In this document: piece by piece, positions 9,902-17,401 of the stretch | How the letters are laid out: each line of letters opens with the position of its first letter | Position numbering within the stretch: the stretch's first letter is position 1 | Source: Candidatus Wukongarchaeum yapensis | Lineage (GTDB): Archaea; Asgardarchaeota; Wukongarchaeia; Wukongarchaeales; Wukongarchaeaceae | Direction: 5' to 3' | DNA: 21,854 nt | Assembly: GCA_016840425.1 (NCBI GenBank) | Contig: JAEOSI010000012.1 | Span: 1 to 21,854, forward strand | The notes under the pieces: generated by a model | Databases searched by the model: none | What the model was told of the DNA's origin: nothing | What the model saw: the letters and a program-made list of their open reading frames with translations, nothing else | Made by a program: the position numbers and the translations under genes

Positions 9902-10492
9902 TTAATGGGCAGTCTTAATGCCATAAAGTTGTTTGAGGAGTACTTCACGGGATAAGGTCTGAAAAGCTCTTTTAACGCCGATACCCTTTACGGCTATTGT
10001 TTCATATACGGGGATACTTGAGTTTTCAAGGCTTAAATCTTTTAGGATTTCTTCTCTTGACATTGCGTCATCGACATCTCGTTTATTTAAGGCAATTACT
10101 AATGGTATTTGATCCCCTAAAACGTCTCCTACTATATCTTTTAGTTCTTGTAAGGATTCTATATTGTCTTGTTTCATACTTCTTGAGCTGTCTGCTACAA
10201 AAAGTACTCCGTCTGCTCCCCGCATAATCACTTTTCTTTGGTGTTTATGCCGGGTTTGGCCAGCTACGGTGTATACGTCAAATAATATTTTTCCGCTGGC
10301 ACTCATCGGCACAAAGTCGAAGAATAGGGTGCGACCTGAAGGATCTTCGATCGATGTGAATCCTCCTTTGTCTAAGCCTTCTACATCGTCATAGACATAT
10401 CTTAGACTTGTGGTTTTTCCACCGAGGCTTGGACCCCAATAAACAAGTTTAAAATGAAGTCTTCCTTCACTGTCTTTTCGAATTTTTGCCAC
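9902..10492 (-). CDS. mglA: MglA-type small GTPase
   Basis: KLVYWGPSLGGKTT (G1), GRTLFFDF (G2 with intrinsic Arg), YTVAGQ (G3), NKRD (G4), ETIA (G5). Confidence 0.9.
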   Translation of the reverse strand: MAKIRKDSEGRLHFKLVYWGPSLGGKTTSLRYVYDDVEGLDKGGFTSIEDPSGRTLFFDFVPMSASGKILFDVYTVAGQTRHKHQRKVIMRGADGVLFVADSSRSMKQDNIESLQELKDIVGDVLGDQIPLVIALNKRDVDDAMSREEILKDLSLENSSIPVYETIAVKGIGVKRAFQTLSREVLLKQLYGIKTAH

Positions 10493-10587
10493 CCCGCTAT
10501 TTTTTTAATGGAATTAAAAATATAAAAATCGAATATTTTATCTGAGGAATATCGTTTATTTTTGGTGCTTGATTTATTTATTTGCAG

Positions 10588-11058
10588 TTAGAATTTTTCA
10601 AGTTCTTTTAAGGCAGCTTCTAATTCTGCCCTTTCGCTTGTAGATTCTTCAGCAGTTGCTTCTATTGGTTTTTCTGCTAGAAATTCTTGAAGTAGTGCTT
10701 TAAGATCGTCAGTAGCCTTTTTCATGACAAGGCGTACAAGGCCTATGTTAACTTCAGGATCGGTTATGACGCATAAAACGCCCCTTCCGCAACTTGCGGC
10801 AAAAATTTTTCCTTCGTCAAACTCAGAAGACACCATTAAGAGATCTCCAATATCGAGATTTCTTCCCTGTTCTTCGCTTGCACAAAAAACGGCGCTTGCA
10901 ATGGCCCCTATTCCATCTACGTCAACCGATGATGCGCTATACCTTGAAACATGAGCAATAGTAAGACCAGTTCTATCAACAAGGATACATTTTTTTATAG
11001 CGGAATCTGCTTTTACTACTTGACCTAACGCGCGGTCAAACTCTTTTAAAGCTATCAT
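10588..11058 (-). CDS. mglB: MglB-like roadblock protein with C-terminal helical extension
   Basis: CILVDRTGLTIA, IGAIASAVF, NIGLVRLVMKK; directly upstream of mglA; GGAGG RBS; tail ERAELEAALKELEKF. Confidence 0.82.
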   Translation of the reverse strand: MIALKEFDRALGQVVKADSAIKKCILVDRTGLTIAHVSRYSASSVDVDGIGAIASAVFCASEEQGRNLDIGDLLMVSSEFDEGKIFAASCGRGVLCVITDPEVNIGLVRLVMKKATDDLKALLQEFLAEKPIEATAEESTSERAELEAALKELEKF

Positions 11059-11225
11059 TGGTATAAGACGCCTCCGATTAATCCTAAGTGAGTTTTACAA
11101 ATAATAATTTTAAGATTCCAATCCTCCTAACTTGTATAATATAAATAATTATTAAAAAGTTTTTTAATTGTTTTGTCCGCTTTTGTTATACTTTTATAAG
11201 GTTTTTATAGTTTTTTGCACAATAA

Positions 11226-11350
11226 GTGAACTACTGCTACCCATCGGAGGAGCTTCTTGATTCAACGACTGAACTTGTCAAGATTTCTCTCAGTAGAGGT
11301 TCCGTCTCCACAGACGTAAATTCGGATGGTCCCTGCCCTACCACTTCCTC
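11226..11350 (-). ncRNA. IS200/IS605 right end / putative TnpB omegaRNA scaffold
   Basis: Minus strand reads GGGCAGGGACCATCCGAATTTACGTCTGTGGAGACGGAACCTCTAC...AAGTTCAGTCGTTGAATCAAGAAGCTCC...GTAGTTCAC, the typical tnpB 3' end ending TTCAC at 11226. 5' boundary approximate. Confidence 0.65.
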
Positions 11351-11677
11351 TAAACCTCTTTTCAAGACTACAACAAGAGTTGTAGTCCTTGTCAATTTCT
11401 AACCCACAAGTAGGACATCCATGGTTTCTTACAGCCAAACTCTTCTTCACTTTTTCGCCACATTTATAACATTCTTGTGACATTCCTGCCGGGTTAACTT
11501 CTAAAACCGTTTTACCAGCTCTTTCAGCCGTGTAAAACAGATATTGTATGAATTTGTTCCAAGAGGGATCCATGAGGTTCCGAGCATTATAACTTAATTT
11601 TTATCAAGCCGTTTATGTTTAATTTCTCAATAGCTATAAAATCATAGTTGTTAACATAAAATTTTGATAATTTGTGT
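11262..11677 (-). pseudogene. tnpB: tnpB 3' fragment (RuvC-II, Zn ribbon, RuvC-III), frameshifted
   Basis: HKLSKFYVNNYDFIAIEKLN, MDPSWNKFIQYL..AERAGK, CYKC..CPTC, DKDYN. Frameshift near 11600 and a probable second near 11375. Confidence 0.9.
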
Positions 11678-11695
11678 TAGGACTTACGCACTTGG
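11678..11695 (+). repeat. IS701 terminal inverted repeat (TAGGACTTACGCACTTGG)
   Basis: Matches the reverse complement of 12754-12771 (TAGGAGTTACGCAGTTGG) at 16/18; TSD TGTGT at 11673-11677. Confidence 0.93.
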
Positions 11696-12691
11696 GTTAA
11701 TTGGGTTAAGGGTGTAAGTTGGGTGGGTTAAGTAGGTTCTGATTGCCTCGCGGACAATGTCTATCTTAGCCTCATACCAGCTTATACCGGTCTGCAGCCG
11801 GCGTGCTTCCAGCCTGACGAAGGAGCGGAGCGCTAGCAAGATGTGCCTCTTCTGGGCTGCAGCGCTCCTAACTTGAGCCTTCTCAACGCCGCAGCACTGC
11901 TTAACAACCCTATGATAGGTCTCGATACCCCAACCCTGCTTTTCCAGCGCTTTCCGCTTCTCTTCCAGCATGTCAAGATCGCTAGCGGCCCAGTATTCCG
12001 CGTCCCCGTTTTCAGAGACTGTTAGGAAAACCTTAACGAAGCCGTAGCCCTTAAGATGCACAACCCTCCCCCCGGCAGGAATATCGACGGAGCTTAGGGG
12101 GACATTTCCCTTCCCATCAGGGTTAACGAGGCGGTTGCTTTAATTAAGCCTCGTCAACCAAGACCAGCCGTAACCCGCAAGAACCTTCAGGTTCTTCAAG
12201 CCGGCGTACCACGAGTTGAAAAGCACGTATGCCGGCTTAAAACCGCGCTCCTTAGCCTTTTTAAGCATCTCCCGAAAACGCTCGTTCTTAGTCCCTCCTC
12301 CGAGGGGTTTATCGTAGACGCTGAAATCACAGGGAACAAGGGCCTTTCCATCCGTCCAAAGCAACGTTAGGAGGCTGATGCCCTTAACCACCCGCCGGTG
12401 CTTCCCGCTCCAATGATAGGTCACCAGCTCTATCCTTGAAGCGTAAGGCTTATCCAGCGTGGTGTCATCCAGCACAAGCATGCCCCTATCAAGCTGAACG
12501 AGGCCCCGCGTCTCCTCTCACAAAGCCTCCGTGTCTGGAGGCTTTCTGCTCAGCAGCCTGGTGAAGGAGTCTTGGGCCGGTGAATGTTTGCTTTTACGCT
12601 GGCATCTAGCCGCTTCCGTGCACGTGAAAACCTTCTGAGCCGCGATCAGAAACTGAATATAGTCCAGATCATCACACTTCGGAGGGTTCAC
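11684..12691 (-). pseudogene. IS701-family DDE transposase with two in-frame stops
   Basis: One frame from GTG 12691: MNPPKCDDLDYIQFLIAAQKVFTCTEAARC..., LVLDDTTLDKPY, YHWSGKH, WGIETYHR. TGA at 12518-12520 and TAA at 12140-12142; terminal TAA lies inside the TIR. Confidence 0.9.
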
Positions 12692-12753
12692 GACCTAACA
12701 CCCACCATATTTTTGACCCGCTAATATTTATAACCGTCGAAAGAAACTACCAA

Positions 12754-12771
12754 CCAACTGCGTAACTCCTA
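12754..12771 (-). repeat. IS701 terminal inverted repeat (TAGGAGTTACGCAGTTGG)
   Basis: Partner of 11678-11695; TSD TGTGT at 12772-12776. Confidence 0.93.
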
Positions 12772-12890
12772 TGTGTAAAAAATCATCCCTCTGGTTTTTG
12801 ATCTTTTCATGGATTTTTGCAACCTTGATCTTCTGCTTTTTATAATTGGTAGAATCCTTTACTTTTTTTGATAATTTTCGTCGTTTTTTC
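12772..12890 (-). pseudogene. tnpB: tnpB middle fragment (helix preceding RuvC-II)
   Basis: KRRKLSKKVKDSTNYKKQKIKVAKIHEKIKNQRDDFLH; joins in frame to HKLSK at 11677 when the IS and one TSD are removed. Confidence 0.88.
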
Positions 12891-12899
12891 CCAAAATTT

Positions 12900-13200
12900 T
12901 TCAAAAAGTAATAAAGATGAATAAATAAGACTCCATAGAAAACAAAGAAAACAAAGAAAAAGAGAGATAAAAACCAGAAGAAAAAAACAACAAAAGAACA
13001 AACATCAAGGAAAAACCTGGATACAATCAGCAAAAACCACCAGAATCCCATTTCAACCCCCTAAAAAGAAAAACTGAAAAAACACAAAAAAACAAAACTA
13101 CAAAAAACAGATCTCCACGCAAAAAAACAAAACAGAAACCCCCCCCCCCAAAAAAAAAACTATTAAAAGCCTTCGAAAACACACACAATAATTAAAGATG
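12900..13200. other. A/C-rich, T-depleted low-complexity tract
   Basis: 3 T in 60 nt at 12961-13020 and again at 13081-13140; C11 then A10 run at 13139-13159. Confidence 0.8.
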
Positions 13201-13370
13201 GATAAAAGGAACTGTATAAAATTGTTATTTTTAAATAATGGTTTAAATGTTTTTTAGAATACAGTTTTTTAATGATGTTTAATATATATTTCTTCTTTTT
13301 CTAAGTTTTAAAGAAGAGGGCAAGAATTTTTTTCTATTATTTTTAGGGACATTATAGTGGGGGTATTGTA

Positions 13371-13667
13371 TTAAGTGAGTTTTTCTCGGAGTACTACGAG
13401 TACGTATTCTTCTTCAGGTGCCACTAATATTTCGCTATTTCCGCAATCTATGTTGAAAAAGCCTAAAGCGCCTTCGCCAATTTCCGTGATCACTTGTTTT
13501 GCTTTTCCTACGAGGCTTGTAATTAGGGCGGCAACCTTTTCTGCTTTTTGCATATCTACACCATCTGCACTTATGGGTAGACCTTCATTGCTCATAACAA
13601 TAACACCGCGCACTCCAGGATGTTCGCGGAACCGTTTTATGGTTTCATTAATTTTCTTGGTAATCAT
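13371..13667 (-). CDS. Dynein light chain roadblock (DYNLRB)-like protein
   Basis: 98 aa; INETIKRFREHPGVRGVIVMSNEGLPI...KAKQVITEI...EILVAPEEEYVLVVL follows the eukaryotic DYNLRB pattern. Confidence 0.85.
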   Translation of the reverse strand: MITKKINETIKRFREHPGVRGVIVMSNEGLPISADGVDMQKAEKVAALITSLVGKAKQVITEIGEGALGFFNIDCGNSEILVAPEEEYVLVVLREKLT

Positions 13668-13875
13668 TTAGTGATCATCCCTTTTGATATACTTTCTTTT
13701 GATTTACTTTACTTTTATAAATTAATTATTTAAAAATATAGTGTGCTTCTAAACTCACTAACAAACTCCTCTAATCCTAAAATATAAATTAACAATCTTT
13801 AAATCGTGTAAAAAAGAGGATATTTAAAAAACTAATTAGATTTTAATAAGATGTGGTATTGTGTGGTGTTAATTA

Positions 13876-14259
13876 GTGAGCTTCAATGTTCTTGAAGAGG
13901 CTGTTGCAAGAACTATGAGATCTATAGAAAATTTGGAAGGAATAATCGTGATTTCACGAATAGATGGTTCTGTAATCGTTGGTCAAACCATTTTCGAGCT
14001 TGAACATGAAAATATCGCAAAGGAAGCATTAGAGTTGGTAACAAGGGCTTCTAAACTTGGAATTGCCGTAGAAAAAGGAGGAAATGAAGAGGTTTTTGTA
14101 GGATTGCGAGAAGGATTTGTAGTGGTCGTTGGTACGGGCAACACCATTTTAGCGGGAATTGCAAGTGCAGACGCTAAACCGGAAAGGGGCATAATTACGA
14201 TAAAGCTTAGAAAGTTAGCGGAAAAACTAGACGCCCTCTTAAGGGCAAAAGTTGCTTAA
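13876..14259 (+). CDS. Divergent roadblock/profilin-like fold protein
   Basis: Helix, then LEGIIVISRIDGSVIVG, helix, beta-rich EEVFVGLREGFVVVVG, terminal helix GIITIKLRKLAEKL. Confidence 0.65.
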   Translation: MSFNVLEEAVARTMRSIENLEGIIVISRIDGSVIVGQTIFELEHENIAKEALELVTRASKLGIAVEKGGNEEVFVGLREGFVVVVGTGNTILAGIASADAKPERGIITIKLRKLAEKLDALLRAKVA

Positions 14260-14400
14260 AAGTATTAAATAACCGCTTTGAATGCCGTAGAAATTATTAT
14301 ACGATAAAATATAGTGGCCAAGTTTAAGGTTAAAAGAAATGCAAGGACAAAGAAGTGTTCTGAAAGTCTTTTAAAACTATTTTATGGAGGATAAAAGTTT

Positions 14401-15066
14401 TTGACAGATTTTAAGATGTTAGAAGCGATTTTAAACATTATAAATGAAAATCTTGAGGGAAAAGAAGGGGCAAGAGAGACAATATTGAGATTGACTAGGA
14501 AGATCGTTAAATTTTCAAGTAAGGCTATTAAGTCTGTGCATAATGGAAATTTTAAAGAGGCTGATGAATTGTTAGAAGAGACAAGGAAAACGTTGAAATT
14601 ACTGGATGAAGAGTTGAAAAAATGCCCAATTTTTGCTTCATGGGGTACAGTCATTCAGGCGTATCAAGAGTTTGTAGAAGCATATATTTTTAGGTATTTT
14701 ATCGAGGGATGGGATGAAAATAAGATGCCTCCTCCTGAAATGTTAGGCGTACCTGATCTTGCGTATATTTTGGGATTAGGGGATCTTGTTGGTGAGTTAA
14801 GAAGATATTGTCTTGATAGACTTCGCCAGAAAGATTTGGCTGGAGCTGAGAGGGCATTAAGGTTTTCAAATGCAGTATTTGAAGGGTTGATGGAACTTAA
14901 TCAATTCCAAGAAGCAATAATTCCTGGTTTAAGACGGAAATGTGACATAGCAAGAATGATTTTAGAGAAAACGAGGGGAGACTTGACTAATGCTTCAGCG
15001 CGTATAAGTTTAGAAACTCAAATAAAAGATCTATTAAAACTTTCAAAAGAAAAAGCTTTTGAATAA
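14401..15066 (+). CDS. Translin/Trax family (C3PO-like) RNase
   Basis: TRKIVKFSSKAIKSVH, AYQEFVEA, YILGLGDLVGELRR, LRRKCD; acidic catalytic residues appear retained; GGAGG RBS. Confidence 0.92.
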   Translation: MTDFKMLEAILNIINENLEGKEGARETILRLTRKIVKFSSKAIKSVHNGNFKEADELLEETRKTLKLLDEELKKCPIFASWGTVIQAYQEFVEAYIFRYFIEGWDENKMPPPEMLGVPDLAYILGLGDLVGELRRYCLDRLRQKDLAGAERALRFSNAVFEGLMELNQFQEAIIPGLRRKCDIARMILEKTRGDLTNASARISLETQIKDLLKLSKEKAFE

Positions 15067-15110
15067 AAAAATAAAAAAACTTTCAAAAGAAAAAGCTTTT
15101 GAATAAAAAA
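15036..15110 (+). repeat. 35-bp exact direct repeat, 40-bp period
   Basis: AAAACTTTCAAAAGAAAAAGCTTTTGAATAAAAAA at 15036-15070 and 15076-15110; includes the translin stop codon. Confidence 0.92.
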
Positions 15111-15136
15111 TAGATTTTTTTATGACGGTGACTTAG

Positions 15137-16615
15137 TTGATAAGAAGAGGTATTCCTCACCCAGTTTTCGATGTTAAGGAAAAGCTTAGACAGACATATT
15201 TGAATTTGAGTTTTGATGAATTAGTAAACCCGTTGATTATACCTAAAGAAGAGATAGAAAAACAGTGGGATACTGAAGCATATGCTGTACTTGACAGGAT
15301 CTATTATCTAGCAGGTTTACCCCGACCTAATGTGGGTTTAAGCACTAAACACGTTAAAAATATTGAAAAAATTTTGGGAAAAAAACTTGAAGAAGAGAGA
15401 ATTGAAGCATTAAGACAGACTTTGCATGGTTATAAGAAGGGAAATATAAGCGGGGATGATTTATTAGAAATAATTGAAGAAACTCTTTTAGTATCAGAGG
15501 GAGAGGCAGAAGCGATACTTGATCTTTTTCAAGAATTTAAAGATCTTCAGCCCATACCTATGCAGATAACATTAAGGAGCCACATGACTTCTGGATGGTT
15601 TATAACGCTTAGTGAGATGCAATTTAAAAAACCTTTACCCATAAAACTTTTCTCCATAGATCGATGTTTTAGAAGGGAACAACAGGAAGATACCGGTCAT
15701 CTGAAAACTTATCATTCAGCTAGCTGTGTTGTTGCAGATAATGAATTAGACCCAGACATAGGTAAAGTTGTATCGAGAAATTTGCTTGAACCTTTTGGTT
15801 TTAAAGAATTTGAAATTAGAAAGAAGCCTAGGAGCTCGTCATACTACAAAATAGATTCAGAGCATGAAGTTTTCGCGAAACATCCTTCTACAGCAAAGAT
15901 GGTTGAGGTTGCGGATTATGGGATTTATAATCCTAAGGTTCTTAGTAGGTATGGTATAGAATTTGCTGTTTTTAATTTGGGCTTGGGAGTGGAGAGATTA
16001 GCGCAGATTCTTTACGAGGAGACTGATCTTAGGATCCTTATTTATCCTCAGTTTTTTGTTGAAACGATTTTTTCAGATGAAGAGATTGCAAAGATGATAA
16101 AGGTTGCTAAAAGGCCTAAAACACCTGTAGGTAGGAAAGTGCAGGCAAATTTTGAGAAAGTTGCTTTGAGAAATAAGGATGTATCAGCTCCTTGTAGGTT
16201 TACGATTATAGATGAAAAAATTGAGGAGAAGAGGCTAAAAGTGGAGATTTTTGCGATTCATGGAGATCCAAAACTTTTGGGAAAGGCTGCTTTAAATGAG
16301 ATTTTTGTTTTGAATGGAGACATTTTAGGGGTACCTATGGAAGGGGTGGAATGGGCGGATAAGATAAATAAAAACGGTATTAGGGCTAAGTATACCTATT
16401 TGTATGGTTTTTCAAATTTAGTAGGAGCAGAACTAGAAAAACTAATCAGAGACGGGAAGAATGGGATGAAGGAGATAAATGTAGCTATGGTGAAAAGTTT
16501 TGGAGATGTGAATTTGACGATAGATCCTGCGGGGTTGAGATATATTACCGCAAATCATAAAAAGATAGATATTAGGGGACCGGCTTTTATAAGGGCGAGG
16601 ATAGAGGTGGGATAG
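15137..16615 (+). CDS. sepS: O-phosphoseryl-tRNA(Cys) synthetase (SepRS)
   Basis: GIPHPVF, AVLDRIYYLAGLPRPNVG, TLRSHMTSGWFITL, FSIDRCFRREQ, YHSASC, FNLGLGVERLA, KIDIRGP; GGTGA RBS before TTG. Confidence 0.95.
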   Translation: MIRRGIPHPVFDVKEKLRQTYLNLSFDELVNPLIIPKEEIEKQWDTEAYAVLDRIYYLAGLPRPNVGLSTKHVKNIEKILGKKLEEERIEALRQTLHGYKKGNISGDDLLEIIEETLLVSEGEAEAILDLFQEFKDLQPIPMQITLRSHMTSGWFITLSEMQFKKPLPIKLFSIDRCFRREQQEDTGHLKTYHSASCVVADNELDPDIGKVVSRNLLEPFGFKEFEIRKKPRSSSYYKIDSEHEVFAKHPSTAKMVEVADYGIYNPKVLSRYGIEFAVFNLGLGVERLAQILYEETDLRILIYPQFFVETIFSDEEIAKMIKVAKRPKTPVGRKVQANFEKVALRNKDVSAPCRFTIIDEKIEEKRLKVEIFAIHGDPKLLGKAALNEIFVLNGDILGVPMEGVEWADKINKNGIRAKYTYLYGFSNLVGAELEKLIRDGKNGMKEINVAMVKSFGDVNLTIDPAGLRYITANHKKIDIRGPAFIRARIEVG

Positions 16616-16630
16616 GTTAACATTGATAGA

Positions 16631-17293
16631 TCACTTTTTAGTGGTCGATACCTTTTTTGTTAGGAGATGAGCAAGTCTCAATGGTTCTGGATGTTTGTAT
16701 TTTTTAGTGGTTTCAATGACGATTTTTAAAGCGCTTTTTAGACTAACCTTATGGCCTGTAGAGATAAATAGGGGTTTACAGTCTTTTTTTGTGCGTAAAA
16801 CCGCGCCTATTATTTGGTCTTGGTATTTTAGCAGTGTCCATGTGCCTTTTTTGTTTGCAGGATTGTTATAGTCGCCTACAAGCTTCTTTTTAGCAACTCC
16901 AATAGTTGGTATATCTAACGACACTCCCAAGTGAGAAGCGCAACCGGAAAAATAGGGGTGAGCAATGCCGTGGGCATCTACAAGAAAAACATCGGGTTTA
17001 ATCTCTAACTTCTCAATAACAGCGCTTAAAGGTTTAACCTCTCTAAAAGAAAGAAGCGTAGGAATGTAAGGGAATTTAATGTCCATTGAAATCGATTTGT
17101 TTTCTAGTAATTTTAGGTTTTTATAGTCTAAAATTACTGCTACTGCAAAGGCTTTTTTGTTCTTATAGCTAACATCGAGCCCTGCTACGGTTTGAGGAGG
17201 GTTTAAAAAATCATCGTAAAGAATAACCTTTTTTGCAATTTTACGTTGTAACTCCCTTGCTTTTTCTATATTAAACGTTTTTAGATTGGTCAT
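16631..17293 (-). CDS. nfi: Endonuclease V
   Basis: VAGLDVSY, FPYIPTLLSFRE, LVDAHGIAHP, IGVAK, ISTGH, PEPLRLAH. ATG 17293 preferred over GTG 17335. Confidence 0.95.
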   Translation of the reverse strand: MTNLKTFNIEKARELQRKIAKKVILYDDFLNPPQTVAGLDVSYKNKKAFAVAVILDYKNLKLLENKSISMDIKFPYIPTLLSFREVKPLSAVIEKLEIKPDVFLVDAHGIAHPYFSGCASHLGVSLDIPTIGVAKKKLVGDYNNPANKKGTWTLLKYQDQIIGAVLRTKKDCKPLFISTGHKVSLKSALKIVIETTKKYKHPEPLRLAHLLTKKVSTTKK

Positions 17294-17401
17294 GTCTTGA
17301 AAATTTTTCTTTTCTTTTAACTTCAATATAATCACGTTACCACTAAAACCACTAAAAAGTTTTTATTTTTTTAGAAAATTGGGAGTGTTCTGGTTTTAGG
17401 C

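Larger units (their letters stand above)
11678..12771 (-). mobile_element. IS701-family insertion sequence, 1094 bp
   Basis: 18-bp TIRs with 16/18 identity, 5-bp TSD TGTGT on both sides, GC much higher than flanks (hand count 37/60 at 12481-12540 vs 20/60 at 6001-6060). Confidence 0.93.

Noticed and set aside
11684-12691. Stop-codon recoding (TGA=Trp) explaining the transposase stops
   Set aside because: Host genes terminate on TGA (18166-18168, 18205-18207) and the second stop is TAA; pseudogenisation is simpler.
12728-13051. 107-aa Phe-rich ORF resembling a membrane protein
   Set aside because: It is a chimera of the T-rich low-complexity tract, a tnpB fragment and the IS701 end; the hydrophobicity comes from base composition.
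12900-13200. CRISPR array or DGR variable/template repeat near tnpB
   Set aside because: No regularly spaced repeats, no paired near-identical region differing at adenines, and no reverse transcriptase in the window.
13375-13671. 98-aa antisense ORF mirroring the DYNLRB-like gene
   Set aside because: A shadow ORF with no recognisable motifs; the minus-strand product has clear family similarity.
17339-17358. Short tandem ACCACTAAAA repeat
   Set aside because: Only two short copies in AT-rich DNA; compatible with chance.
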